Notes: generated from the letters alone by a model not told the origin. A stretch of DNA of 63,141 bases from an uncultured virus (IMG/VR IMGVR_UViG_3300029955_000004) (IMGVR_UViG_3300029955_000004:62001-125141), one strand, 5' to 3'. Positions 18,660-29,915 are shown, counted from the stretch's first letter. A program made the numbers and translations.

Positions 18660-20666
18660 TTAAGAGGCAACATTCACTGAGAGAGTAGTATTCCAAACAC
18701 GATTGCTACGATACCCAGAGAGGGCAACTGTGACGCTAGAAGAGTTTCCGTTCGCCAAGTCAACTGTAGTCTGAGTAACCGTTGTAGCACTCGTGATAAT
18801 GTTATTAAGAGCAGAGCTGATTTCATTATCAATGGACTTTTGTATCTGTTTAAATAACGTTTTTGGCCTAGCATTACTTCCCGTAAAACTAGTCCATTTG
18901 TCACGAACAATATGTTTAACATAAACAACGTAGTCAACAATACATTCGTCAGAGAGGAGTGAAGAATCTGTTGTATAAACAGTACGGAGATCAGAGTAAA
19001 AAATGACAGAGGGGGTAGCATAGCAAATAATATTAGCGCCACAATCCCAAATCTCCTGAAGAACATCAGGGCTTTCCGGGATGTAATTGAATGTAGGCCG
19101 TTTGAAGACGGTGACTTCGCTTGCGGGGCGAGGTTTAGGCTCAGCCTTAATGGACGTCGTTCCATCGTAAATGCACCTTTTAATCAATCGGTCAAACGTG
19201 GCCGGAACATAGTTAGACCACGAGGCCGTTGTTCCGTCGTTGTTCAACTTAGCGCACTGACCATAGATAGAACCACGGCACGCCGGAGTTCCCATGATCG
19301 AAGATTCAGGATGAAGCAGAATGCGCTGACGCAGAGATGCCATCAGTGCAACATCCGCAGCAGCTGTATTTGGCTTAAGACTCACGTCCTGAGTAGCCAT
19401 TGTCAACTGCACATCATCGCGAACATTCATAACACCATCGATAATAGATAATTTATTAGCTAAAGCAAAACCAGAATCATAGAAATGAGTAATCGGATAA
19501 CGATAAACATCCTGAATAGCCGGATATGTAGTACCTTCGAGATAAGCAACAACTAATTCTTCAAACATGTTAACGGATGTATCGCCATCAGATCCACCCA
19601 ATAAATAAAGTGTAACATCTTCATTAATGACTTCGGCCGAATCAGAAGTAATGGTAAAGTGATAATAAGAATTATTGTTAGAATCCATACCAGTCATGAT
19701 ATTAATCAAATCAGCAGAAGATGTGATTTCAGGAGAAACGTTGAGAATATCAGATGTGATCTTTTTAATATTGTCATTATAAGTACAAACATTGTAAGGG
19801 AAAGGATTCGCAAAGTTCGTTGTAAGTTCATCACTGATATCAAGATATTGTGTTGTATTGGGATTATAAGCATTATCAATAAAAGCAAAAGTCTGACTAG
19901 GACTACCATACATGTCATAAACAGGAGCAGAAATAGCAGTAGTCGGAGAAACATAAGAAGGAGCAAAGACATAGGTCATTGCGCCATTAACAGTTGACAA
20001 CGAAGCAATGTTACCAGACAGAATAGAATTCGCCTGAGTCTTATCATAAGAAGAATCGTAATATAAGCTAAAACCATAATTGTTCATCAGAGATCCAACA
20101 TCGGCCGCTTCGACGGCCATGATCGGATATGTAGTATATGTAACACCACCATTCGATATTGTGTTCGGAGTTAATTCATCAAACTCTTCAGAATCTGTAA
20201 GTGCACGAGCAGTCCAATCTAATTCATAACCATCAGCAGTAACCGAAGCACCATTGAGTGTCTGGGGAATAGGGTTACTATTTTCATCATAAACTAAAGC
20301 ACCAGTTGCTGTACGCTGATACTGGACGATTTGCGCCGGAGTCACCGTGCAGAAGATACCAAGAGTGGATTTTGTAGCGGCCGGATCAACCAGTCGAACA
20401 AAACAAATCTGCTGGTACTTGATAGCCTGATTAACAAACAGCGTCTGGTGATTGAAGAACTTCGAGGTGGTATTCAAGAAGCTCGAACCATAACTAGTCT
20501 GAATATCTGTCGTATCGCCGATCAGGGGAAAGTTAGGAACGCCCTTTTCAGTGAACGAGAACATAATAGGCAGATGTCGAGGCAGGACCGTGAAGGTCTG
20601 TCCAGATGCCGCAGAATTATCCTGAACCTGGATATTCAGAGCATTAGGATATGTATATGTCGACAT
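18660..20666 (-). CDS. Contractile tail sheath protein (phiKZ gp29-like)
   Basis: 668 aa; LPRHLP...EKG, FFNHQT, YLLGGSDG, YPITHFYDSGF, LHPES...GTPACR. Confidence 0.8.
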   Translation of the reverse strand: MSTYTYPNALNIQVQDNSAASGQTFTVLPRHLPIMFSFTEKGVPNFPLIGDTTDIQTSYGSSFLNTTSKFFNHQTLFVNQAIKYQQICFVRLVDPAATKSTLGIFCTVTPAQIVQYQRTATGALVYDENSNPIPQTLNGASVTADGYELDWTARALTDSEEFDELTPNTISNGGVTYTTYPIMAVEAADVGSLMNNYGFSLYYDSSYDKTQANSILSGNIASLSTVNGAMTYVFAPSYVSPTTAISAPVYDMYGSPSQTFAFIDNAYNPNTTQYLDISDELTTNFANPFPYNVCTYNDNIKKITSDILNVSPEITSSADLINIMTGMDSNNNSYYHFTITSDSAEVINEDVTLYLLGGSDGDTSVNMFEELVVAYLEGTTYPAIQDVYRYPITHFYDSGFALANKLSIIDGVMNVRDDVQLTMATQDVSLKPNTAAADVALMASLRQRILLHPESSIMGTPACRGSIYGQCAKLNNDGTTASWSNYVPATFDRLIKRCIYDGTTSIKAEPKPRPASEVTVFKRPTFNYIPESPDVLQEIWDCGANIICYATPSVIFYSDLRTVYTTDSSLLSDECIVDYVVYVKHIVRDKWTSFTGSNARPKTLFKQIQKSIDNEISSALNNIITSATTVTQTTVDLANGNSSSVTVALSGYRSNRVWNTTLSVNVAS

Positions 20667-20741
20667 TGAAAACTCCCATTAGAAAGGTTTTTTAGAATAA
20701 AACCATCGTATAAGGATAATTCTTTTAAAAGGAACAAAAAA

Positions 20742-21773
20742 ATGAAAAACCGTGAATCTATCTTTGACGTATTTAGTGTTAAACAAACAGTTAATAATCC
20801 ACAGTTAACCGAACTTATTAATTTCTTAATGGATAATAGAGATGTTAGACTTGACCACGATATTACTAAACAGATTACATCTCGTGATCCCTTGATTAAA
20901 CCAGGAATCAGTCATATTTTCCGTAGAGCTGTTATGAGTGGTAAAGACAATATTTTTTCTTTCTGTAATATTCCTATGAATACAAATGCTCCAGAGATTG
21001 TCACTTATGACTATGTCAGTTTTGACTTTGCTCAGCTTGCTGGTAAGCATGCCAATTTATACAAAGACACTACCTTCATTCCTGGATTTAAAGATACTGT
21101 TTTTTATAATGTTTCATCTGTTATTAAGACAAATAATGAACCTAGTGACATCAATCAATTTCAAGCAAAATGTGTGTTATCTATGTTATCAAGAAGTTAC
21201 TATAATAGTGGTGTTTTACCTTGGTTAACACCTACAATCATTAGGTTTTTATGCCGAAGCTATAATATGTCCATTGGTACTGCCATAAGCAGTTCCTATG
21301 GACTTACCTATGCCGAAATGCAAATTATCAAGACAATTTTGTCATTTTATTTCTTAAAATGTGTTGCTTCTGTTCATGAAGCAGAGGTTCTAATTAAGAC
21401 CTCAAAACTCGATTTAGGTCCTACAAATGAGATCCAGGATGTTGTTAATAAAATAAAAGAATTACTCGGCGATAAATACGAAAATATATCATTTGATGAC
21501 ATGTGTTATTGTATTCAAAATTGTGGTATTGGTAGATTGTCTGGCGTTAATAGAAAATGGATGGTTCAGAGATTGAAAAGTCTTGGTCCTGATATGTTTA
21601 CAACAAGTATTGCTTTGGAATACCCTCCCTACTTCTGCTATTTATTGTTATTGGCCGAGGCTGGTAAAAAGATCGGTATGTTTAATATATTAATGAAGAC
21701 CGATCTCAAAAGAGAAGTTAATGAATTTATTGACAACATTATTAAATCCCCTTCATTTATTTCTACAATCTAA
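20742..21773 (+). CDS. Virion structural protein (gp28-like)
   Basis: Divergent from the sheath gene as in phiKZ-like tail clusters; IALEYPPYF motif. Confidence 0.6.
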   Translation: MKNRESIFDVFSVKQTVNNPQLTELINFLMDNRDVRLDHDITKQITSRDPLIKPGISHIFRRAVMSGKDNIFSFCNIPMNTNAPEIVTYDYVSFDFAQLAGKHANLYKDTTFIPGFKDTVFYNVSSVIKTNNEPSDINQFQAKCVLSMLSRSYYNSGVLPWLTPTIIRFLCRSYNMSIGTAISSSYGLTYAEMQIIKTILSFYFLKCVASVHEAEVLIKTSKLDLGPTNEIQDVVNKIKELLGDKYENISFDDMCYCIQNCGIGRLSGVNRKWMVQRLKSLGPDMFTTSIALEYPPYFCYLLLLAEAGKKIGMFNILMKTDLKREVNEFIDNIIKSPSFISTI

Positions 21774-21788
21774 GAATGGAGTATTTGT

Positions 21789-24395
21789 ATGACAGTTTCT
21801 AGTTCTACATTAGTCTCCTATCTTAATCTTAATTTTTTAGAAAAAGTATGGAATAGTCCTAGATTTTATTGTTTTGAAAATATAAGATTAAATCCGTTTG
21901 TTGTCGGCACCTCTAATATACTAATGAACTTAATTTCTGATACATATGAAACTATTGCATTACCGAATAACGAAATCCAGTATAGCGTTTTTACAACAGA
22001 TTACTTTAGTATTCAGACGTTATTATTATTGGATACTGATGCTTGGTATCAGGCTAGTTCTTTAATAGATGAATATTCAGAACTAATTACTGTCTATACT
22101 GAAAATGGGTTTATGGTACCTAAGAGTTCTATTTATTTAAGATATTCATCAACGACTGAGAAGCTTTATATTGCTATCGATAAGTTGGCATTATATAAAG
22201 TTGATGGAGTAAATTATAAATCTTGTTACCTTGATGTATTGCGGTTTGCTCCTAGCATGACAAAATCTAATAAGGTATTACTAAATTATTATTCTGACAT
22301 TATAATAAAATCTACTTTCACAAATCAGTTAGCGACCATAACAACTTTATTAACAAATTTAAACAATAATTATTATGATCAAACTACATTCATTATTAAT
22401 GGTGAAATAATCGACTCTAAGTCTAATTATTCTATTTCAATTGGTGATTATATTGAAATCATCACTGACTTCTCTATTGATAAAACGGTGACTATAGATA
22501 TTTCTTCAAATGCCACAAACTATATAGATACCATCAATAAAGGTAATTATACACTATTACATATTCCTAAAGAAAATAATCCAAATAATGCTATTTATAC
22601 ATTTAATGATATGTCGATATATATAAAGAATAATGTATCTTCTAAGTCTATATATTTTAATAGATCTACTACAGGTGCTATAAATCAAATAACTCACAAT
22701 GATATCTCGATTAATAATCTAGAATTATCTGCTGCACAAGATACGCTCAATACTACCAATATAAGTGTTATTCTTAAATTAAGAAGTCACCAAAATAAAT
22801 ATATTATTCAAGATATTAATTATATAAATTATTTATACGAGCTTCCAGATGATGAAATAGTACAATTCTTATTAGCTAAAAATAGTGATACCTCATTGTC
22901 ATTCTGGTCGTTGTTAAATTTACAACAATCTTTACAAACAAGTTTATTCTTTAATGTTACAAATGATACATCATTGTCGACATTAGCTAAATATACAAAT
23001 GGTTTAGGATATGACTGTATCGCAAACGTTTTAAGTGGTTATGACGATACAACTATTTTAAATCAGAGTAGTACAGTAACCATCCCTGTTAAAAAGCCTA
23101 TTATCCTTAGTGATTCTTCTACAAAAAATATTTTTTATATGAATGGTAAGAAGGTTATGGATACTTTATATAAATATTCTGATAATGGACTAAGTATCGG
23201 TTATACAACACTCAGTAAAGATTTATATATTCCCCCTAAGTCTAATTGTAGAAATCAATTATTTCAACACAACGATAGTACACATGAGCTCTTTTCTCCT
23301 AAAATTGGGGTTACCCAAGTTACTGTTAATATGACAGATTTTAAAATATACTTAATGAATGATATTGATCCCATACAAGGATTTAATAGAACATATACAA
23401 AATCTTTTACAGAAGTTACTCCAGATAATCATTCATTAGTAACAACAATAGGAACAGATAGTTCTATTCTAGCATTTGGATATCTTTATTATAATAAAAC
23501 ATTTATAATTGTTAATAATACTTACACTTATAGTACATCTATAAATTTAGATACTGATATGAGTGAAGGGAATGTATTATATCACGATCTGGATATCCTG
23601 TATTCAGACGATGTAACGACTTTACCCTTATTGAATTCTAGTAACATAGAAGCACATCTAAATGGATATTATTTAATACCCGATATTGATTACAATGTTA
23701 TTACTTATATAGATACAAATGGATATTTTTGTGGTAGACAATTTATTTTAACAAACAATATATTCTTACAAGAATCATCTAATATTTTAGAAATTATGAA
23801 CCATACAGCAAGAATAGATTATCAGACTATTGATTATGTTTTAAACGGCCAATTAAATCAGAATGGTGAAATAGATTTTGAATTGGTTAATAGTTCAAAA
23901 GTATATATCAATGGATTGTTACAGAATTACAATTCTGATATATTTAGTATGACATTAGATGTCCCTAATGGTTCGCCATATATTATCAGAAATATTATTC
24001 CTAAACAGACAGATGTTTATTTAAGTACATATAATCAGAATTCAGATAACCCAAATAAACAGGCTATTCAAAAATACTTCACAAAAGAATTTACAGTTGC
24101 ACAAGATCCTATATTTGTAAATAAAATGCATATCGTTTTTAGTCCTTATTTTACATATCTTATTCAACAGATTAATAATGGATCGCTAGTTTTAACAAAC
24201 GATCCTGATAATACCAAATTTATAAATCAGGTTAGTCAATATGACTATATAAAAAATATGGATCAGACTTTAAGTGATTCTACAATTATCAATTTCAATT
24301 TTGTTTATTGGAATATTACATATTCAGATACTGTCATTAATGATTCAACACAATATGCACTATTTAAGAAACTTGTTACGCTAATAAGAGGATAG
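21789..24395 (+). CDS. Virion structural / baseplate protein (gp27-like)
   Basis: 868 aa; KVWNSP, YTLLHIP, QITHND, LNGYYLIPDIDY motifs; cluster position. Confidence 0.6.
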   Translation: MTVSSSTLVSYLNLNFLEKVWNSPRFYCFENIRLNPFVVGTSNILMNLISDTYETIALPNNEIQYSVFTTDYFSIQTLLLLDTDAWYQASSLIDEYSELITVYTENGFMVPKSSIYLRYSSTTEKLYIAIDKLALYKVDGVNYKSCYLDVLRFAPSMTKSNKVLLNYYSDIIIKSTFTNQLATITTLLTNLNNNYYDQTTFIINGEIIDSKSNYSISIGDYIEIITDFSIDKTVTIDISSNATNYIDTINKGNYTLLHIPKENNPNNAIYTFNDMSIYIKNNVSSKSIYFNRSTTGAINQITHNDISINNLELSAAQDTLNTTNISVILKLRSHQNKYIIQDINYINYLYELPDDEIVQFLLAKNSDTSLSFWSLLNLQQSLQTSLFFNVTNDTSLSTLAKYTNGLGYDCIANVLSGYDDTTILNQSSTVTIPVKKPIILSDSSTKNIFYMNGKKVMDTLYKYSDNGLSIGYTTLSKDLYIPPKSNCRNQLFQHNDSTHELFSPKIGVTQVTVNMTDFKIYLMNDIDPIQGFNRTYTKSFTEVTPDNHSLVTTIGTDSSILAFGYLYYNKTFIIVNNTYTYSTSINLDTDMSEGNVLYHDLDILYSDDVTTLPLLNSSNIEAHLNGYYLIPDIDYNVITYIDTNGYFCGRQFILTNNIFLQESSNILEIMNHTARIDYQTIDYVLNGQLNQNGEIDFELVNSSKVYINGLLQNYNSDIFSMTLDVPNGSPYIIRNIIPKQTDVYLSTYNQNSDNPNKQAIQKYFTKEFTVAQDPIFVNKMHIVFSPYFTYLIQQINNGSLVLTNDPDNTKFINQVSQYDYIKNMDQTLSDSTIINFNFVYWNITYSDTVINDSTQYALFKKLVTLIRG

Positions 24396-24401
24396 AAAGG
24401 C

Positions 24402-26126
24402 ATGACAGTCATCACAGTCCTAAAAGAGGATGCATCTAACGTAGCAAGTGGTTATGTTAGAGTTTATCCATTAAGTAAAATATATAATCCTAATTTAAAT
24501 CAAACATCTGGATCTTATATTGTTCCGCAGGTAGACTCATTGGTTATCGATGTTGACAATGGTGGATTGTTGTACTATGTAGAAAGTGTTAATGAAATCA
24601 CAAATGTTTCTACATTGGTTCCTGCTAAAATCATTACTGATTCAATAGAAACCGAATTAGATCAGATCTCGGTTATTTCTTATGGAAATGATTTATTTTA
24701 TCTTTATTATGATCCTTTGAACACCCCAACAGATATTGATATCGATAGTAAATTACATATTGTCGGTCCTGTCGGAATGAAATACCAGATTATAGAAAAT
24801 GTTGGAACTGCTACAGAAAAAGTTATAAGTCAGTATTACGATATTGATGGAAATTATGTTGGTAATGTTGTTCCTATGGTTCCTTGTTTTGAAGACGGAA
24901 CTAAAGGTGTTCATTATTTAAAGAGTTGTTATACGACACAGCCTATTGTTGATGGAACTTCTTATCAGATTAATGTATTTAATTCTGCTGGTAAATTAAT
25001 TGGTGAAGTTAAGAATGTTATTTCTAAGAAATCATACATTTTAAATAATGGTTTTAATTCTCTTCCTGTTATAAACAACTTAAGTATTGTTGGAAATCAA
25101 ATGAGAAACGATAATGAAATTTATATTTATCAGAATCAGAATATAGACAGTTTGAATATTAGAGGTATATTAACATTTGAAGATGGAAGAACACAAGAAG
25201 TTCTCCCAGATACATCTAAATGTGTTTTATATGGATTTACTAATTTCGTATCTTCTTATCCTGGTTATAAACAACCATTATTGTTAAAATATATGCTTGA
25301 TAGTGATGAACCTATTTCAAGAGAACTTATGTTAACAAATGATATATTTATTACTGGAGAAACTAATCTTATTGTTATTCCAAATAATGTGTCTTATGGT
25401 ATTAAATTACTGGTTGTTCCTCAATGGTCGGCAAATTTAAATCAATATACATTAAAGTTCTTCTTATACTCAACAGAACGAAATTCATCTGTCGATGTCA
25501 CTCAGTATGTTACAACGACAAGTCTTGATACATCCACAGGACTTACTAATTTTAGTGGAAATTATTATACAGGGTATCAAACATTACAAGCATCTATCGA
25601 TTTAAATAATTTTGATAATACAACATTTGGAGTTGGTTCTATTTATTTACAGACAATCGTTATTAAGTTACAACCGTTCAATGCATATAACAGATACATA
25701 TTTGGAGATAGTATTACTGGAACAATTTATGGTATCGATAATACTCTTGTTCATAGACCTGTTCTATATAACGATATCATAAAGAATGTTTATTTTATTC
25801 CGTCTAGTTTATTCTCAACAGTTGATAATTTCTTACAAGCATTTTATTATAATACATTACCTGTTTATGATAGTTCAAATACATCTTCACCTCCTGTTCC
25901 TACACACTTCTGCATAAGAGATATTGTTACTGGTAATATGCTAACAAATGACATTATCCCGATTGCAAACTATCAACAAGCATTCAACTTTGTTAATAAT
26001 ACTTCATATTTAAATAATAATGTGTTGATTGAATTTATTCAGCAGATCAATACAACAACAAATAATACTCTTTATGGTGCCCCCATTGATGTTTATTCAA
26101 ACACATATATTCCAACATTATCTTAA
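24402..26126 (+). CDS. Virion structural protein (gp26-like)
   Basis: 574 aa; VPQVDSLVID, ISQYYDIDGNY, KLLVVPQW motifs; cluster position. Confidence 0.6.
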   Translation: MTVITVLKEDASNVASGYVRVYPLSKIYNPNLNQTSGSYIVPQVDSLVIDVDNGGLLYYVESVNEITNVSTLVPAKIITDSIETELDQISVISYGNDLFYLYYDPLNTPTDIDIDSKLHIVGPVGMKYQIIENVGTATEKVISQYYDIDGNYVGNVVPMVPCFEDGTKGVHYLKSCYTTQPIVDGTSYQINVFNSAGKLIGEVKNVISKKSYILNNGFNSLPVINNLSIVGNQMRNDNEIYIYQNQNIDSLNIRGILTFEDGRTQEVLPDTSKCVLYGFTNFVSSYPGYKQPLLLKYMLDSDEPISRELMLTNDIFITGETNLIVIPNNVSYGIKLLVVPQWSANLNQYTLKFFLYSTERNSSVDVTQYVTTTSLDTSTGLTNFSGNYYTGYQTLQASIDLNNFDNTTFGVGSIYLQTIVIKLQPFNAYNRYIFGDSITGTIYGIDNTLVHRPVLYNDIIKNVYFIPSSLFSTVDNFLQAFYYNTLPVYDSSNTSSPPVPTHFCIRDIVTGNMLTNDIIPIANYQQAFNFVNNTSYLNNNVLIEFIQQINTTTNNTLYGAPIDVYSNTYIPTLS

Positions 26127-26139
26127 GTTATGTCATTAA

Positions 26140-26171
26140 CTGTATAAGGTGCCACGTGGCACCTTATACAG
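26140..26171. terminator. 32-bp perfect palindrome
   Basis: CTGTATAAGGTGCCAC|GTGGCACCTTATACAG. Confidence 0.7.
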
Positions 26172-26199
26172 ATAGACAAATCGAAAGGAAAAAACTTCT

Positions 26200-27726
26200 A
26201 TGTCGGTATATCAGTATTATCACACATATGTTGTTGAAGACGGACAAATAACAGATACAAACGACGAAACACCATTACTTTCTTCTTTCTTACAGAAAAG
26301 AGTTTACATCATAGTTTCTAAGTATAATGTCAATACGTTAATCATGTTAAACATAAAGGATTATATATCAAAAGAATCTAATATTAATCTAAATCTATCT
26401 ATAGCTGAATTCTGCGATAATCTTAATGATCTATTGGTTTTAAAATATACATCAAATGATATCCCATTAAAGAATATTACAACTGGAGCATTTGATAACA
26501 GACTTAATATATATGATGCTAATAGTTTAAAAGATGTAGACATTTCTTATACTTCTATTAGTGATCCTTCAAATAAAAATAACAAATATAGTTTCTTTCA
26601 ATCTAATGATTTAGTATTGACATCTGATTCTAATAGAGATTTTACAAATTGTCTTATTACAGTTAATGGTGTATTTCATAGTACTGAATATTACAATAAT
26701 AACTTCTTTGTTAAAAATGGTTTTTCTAATATTAAAAATACAAAACAAAAGAATGTCTGTTTAATAGACACAACTAATTTGGGTGGTCATTCTACAATTC
26801 CTATTACATTAGAAGATATAGAAATTCCTTCTGGTTCTTCAATTCCTTCTAGCATAACTTTGAATTTTAAAAATGCTAATTTCTTAAATAAAACTATTAT
26901 TCCCGTTATCTATGGATATCCACTTTTAAATAAAGACTTTTTTAAAGTCTTAGACAATACAAGAATTAAAATATATATTAATAGGATCGATTATATTTAC
27001 CAATTCTTAAAATCACCCAATACTTTATTTTCAAAATACAATTCTTATTTAATCGATAGGCATAGAGAATTCTACATCGATACACCAGAACCAGATATTA
27101 TTGATTCTATTGTGGATCTCATGACAGTTGAATATACTAAATTTATGACTTATAATGAGCCTCATACTGGTATTGTTGATTTTGGTAAAAGAGAAGATAC
27201 TCCAGAAATGGTAAATTCTCTAGATGTATTCTTTTCTGATTTTTATCCTAAGATGGTTTCTGAAGATAGAGACGTTAATCTTATTGAATTTGAAAATTCA
27301 CAATATTACAACCAATTAAAAAATCTATTTAATATTATTAAAAAATCACATTTACAATCTAAAGATTTTATCTTACAATTATTAACCATGTTTAATTCAT
27401 TTATTATAACTATTAATAATCCAGATATATTCATTAAAAATTATAAATGTTATTCATTAAATAATAAAGGATATATGTATACTTGTAAATCTAAAGATAC
27501 ACCTCGTGGATTATTGGTTTATAATAAGTCATTTGTATTACCATATAACATCTGTACAGATGGTACTCTCAATCATCATATTTTAAATATAGATTTCTAC
27601 GACCACACAAATCTGTTATATGATAAAAATCCATTTACAGATTATTTCCCTAATCCTTTCTATGATCAGAATAATGCCACAAATTACCCTGTAGAGATTG
27701 TAGAGTTCTATTCTAAAGCTATCTAA
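26200..27726 (+). CDS. Probable virion structural protein
   Basis: 508 aa; CLITVNGVFH motif resembling phiKZ-like baseplate/tail proteins. Confidence 0.55.
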   Translation: MSVYQYYHTYVVEDGQITDTNDETPLLSSFLQKRVYIIVSKYNVNTLIMLNIKDYISKESNINLNLSIAEFCDNLNDLLVLKYTSNDIPLKNITTGAFDNRLNIYDANSLKDVDISYTSISDPSNKNNKYSFFQSNDLVLTSDSNRDFTNCLITVNGVFHSTEYYNNNFFVKNGFSNIKNTKQKNVCLIDTTNLGGHSTIPITLEDIEIPSGSSIPSSITLNFKNANFLNKTIIPVIYGYPLLNKDFFKVLDNTRIKIYINRIDYIYQFLKSPNTLFSKYNSYLIDRHREFYIDTPEPDIIDSIVDLMTVEYTKFMTYNEPHTGIVDFGKREDTPEMVNSLDVFFSDFYPKMVSEDRDVNLIEFENSQYYNQLKNLFNIIKKSHLQSKDFILQLLTMFNSFIITINNPDIFIKNYKCYSLNNKGYMYTCKSKDTPRGLLVYNKSFVLPYNICTDGTLNHHILNIDFYDHTNLLYDKNPFTDYFPNPFYDQNNATNYPVEIVEFYSKAI

Positions 27727-27816
27727 TTTAATTATATGCGCATAGTAGTACATACAACGTTTTAAAAGAAATCTGCGCACTTATATCTTGTGAAACTAAA
27801 ATATGTATTTTGTTAA

Positions 27817-27848
27817 ATGATAGAGTGGGCGATAGCCCACTCTATCAT
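27817..27848 (+). terminator. Hairpin terminator
   Basis: ATGATAGAGTGGGC-GATA-GCCCACTCTATCAT. Confidence 0.7.
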
Positions 27849-28013
27849 CATTTTCTTATATTGATTAACTTTATTGACTTGTTCTTATGACTTTAGTTTT
27901 TTCAAGTTCAAATGAAACACACAAGATAGATCTGAGGATTAAACGAAGAGTTTTTAAGAAAAACTCTTCGACCGAAGATTAATTTATTTATATAAAAAAT
28001 ATTTTATTTATTC

Positions 28014-28131
28014 ATAGTAGTCGTCGTTTATTTACTTTTATTTTCATTAAATCTTTTTATATAAAATTATTAAAATGTGAAAAAATAAAAGTTTTGACAT
28101 TATATAGGTTGAAGCCGACGACGACTACTAT
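28014..28131. repeat. 14-bp perfect inverted repeat closing an AT-rich 118-nt imperfect hairpin
   Basis: ATAGTAGTCGTCGT (28014-28027) and ACGACGACTACTAT (28118-28131). Confidence 0.8.
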
Positions 28132-28402
28132 TCCTTAAGGATTTCTGGATACTAGGATATTTTCGGGAGAAAATAGACTAGGAGAAAGAAAGACTTATGG
28201 AAGAGAGGAGGAGGAGGCATCAACACACTACAAGATGGTCAGAGAATGTAAAAAATTATAATCATTAAAAACCCTTTAAAGTAAGAGTATTTTATAAAAC
28301 CATTAAAATTATATCATTCATCCTCGGAAGAGGGTGGATGGTTTATATTTTTTATTAAAGTCATGATCTTATAGATTTGTTTTTACCAAAAAAGGAATTG
28401 AT

Positions 28403-29125
28403 ATGAAGAAAACACCTTATCTTAAGTCTTATGAAAAAACAAAAGATTTAGATCAATTTTTAGAGTATGATGTTGATTTAAAAGAATGTAGATTTATTGG
28501 TGATAGCATGACTATCTTTATTCCTATGAGATATGAAGCATATGGATTTTTAGAAGTTTCAGATACTTGTAAGTATTTAGGATTAGTTGATATAATCGTT
28601 AATGATAAGTATCAAACTGGATTTAATATTCTAGCCGAAATAGAAAGTGAATTTACAGATCAATCTAAGATCATGGTGGGTAATACCCAGTATCTTGTTT
28701 TAGAATTATCTCACGGTGATAGATTCATGTGTAATACAAAGCTTGTTAAGAACAAAAATATAGCATTCGCAGTTTGGGTAGAATCTATTACAAGAGGTAA
28801 GTTAATTTACAATATGGATTATTTTGCATTAACTCATTTATTAGATTTGAGTGGTCCTAATTGTGCAGCCGATCTTAAGATCAATCACAGTATTATAGAA
28901 ATCATTTACAGTCATCTGAGTAGAGATATCAATGATATCAATGTTCAATATAGACATACTGATATGACAAACGATTTTCAGTTAATTCCATTAAGAAGTG
29001 TTGCCGATGCTACTACAAATACCGCCTCTAAGATTACTGGATCTTATTTAGGAGATGCTTTAAATAATGCTATCATTAATCCATCCCAGGAAAAATATCC
29101 ATTAGAGACTATTTTACGAAGTTAA
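28403..29125 (+). CDS. Conserved phiKZ-like hypothetical protein
   Basis: 240 aa; C-terminal IPLRSV..ATTNTASKITGSY....L..AIINPS....PLETILR. Confidence 0.7.
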   Translation: MKKTPYLKSYEKTKDLDQFLEYDVDLKECRFIGDSMTIFIPMRYEAYGFLEVSDTCKYLGLVDIIVNDKYQTGFNILAEIESEFTDQSKIMVGNTQYLVLELSHGDRFMCNTKLVKNKNIAFAVWVESITRGKLIYNMDYFALTHLLDLSGPNCAADLKINHSIIEIIYSHLSRDINDINVQYRHTDMTNDFQLIPLRSVADATTNTASKITGSYLGDALNNAIINPSQEKYPLETILRS

Positions 29126-29128
29126 GCT

Positions 29129-29162
29129 AGATGTCAGGAACCCTTACGGGTTCCTGACATCT
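29129..29162 (+). terminator. Hairpin terminator
   Basis: AGATGTCAGGAACCC-TTAC-GGGTTCCTGACATCT. Confidence 0.7.
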
Positions 29163-29280
29163 TAAATTACTATTTAGATTTTTGTTTTATTTTATAAGTT
29201 CTTCAATGAGGAAATATGTATGTCAAAATAATTCGATGACTACATGTTGAGTATTTTTGATTATAAAGATTTTATTAAAG

Positions 29281-29808
29281 ATAAAAGAAAAAGATATTAG
29301 AATACATGATATTATTCATGTTGTTAGAAACGGAGATGTTATTCCAGGTATTTCATACTCTTTAGAATTATTATCTCTTTTTGTTTTATCAAAATAAGAA
29401 ATACCTTCAAAATGTCCATGTTGTCAATCAACTCTTATTAAAGTAAAAACTTCTCTTATCTGTAACAATGAAGATTGTGAAGATAAAATTCTATTTAAAC
29501 TTTATCATTTTGTATCTAAAGCAGGACTTAATATAAAAGGATTAGGATTAGAAAATATTAAATTAATTATGAAAAGATACAAAGTGAAAACTTATTATGA
29601 ATTATTATCTTGCGAAACCTCTATCATACAAAACTATTTAAAAGATCATAAAATCACAATAAATGCATTCATTTTAGGATTAGGGTTTACAAAGACTCAA
29701 CTAAAAAATACTTTTAGTAATTATAAAACTTTTGAAGAATTATCAAAATGTAAACAATTAGAGCAGCATCATGATGTACTAACTTTTATAAAAGAGGTTC
29801 AAAAATGA
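29281..29808 (+). pseudogene. ligA: NAD-dependent DNA ligase remnant (OB-fold end, Zn finger, HhH)
   Basis: Frame from 29281 reads IKEKDIRIHDIIHVVRNGDVIPGI...*EIPSKCPCCQS...LICNNEDC...HFVSKAGLNIKGLG; in-frame TAA at 29395-29397; no adenylation domain. Confidence 0.85.
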
Positions 29809-29915
29809 AGTTTACAGCTATATGTGTTTTTGTGTATTTTGTTTTCTTATTTTTGTTATTATAAAGATAATATTTTTCATTTTAAATAAATTAAACACAA
29901 ACAAGGAAAATCTAC

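Noticed and set aside
17280..20669. Alternative-frame and antisense ORFs over portal, tube and sheath
   Set aside because: They overlap well-supported structural genes and have no coding signals of their own
29569..29808. Independent 79-aa gene
   Set aside because: It is the in-frame tail of the ligA remnant
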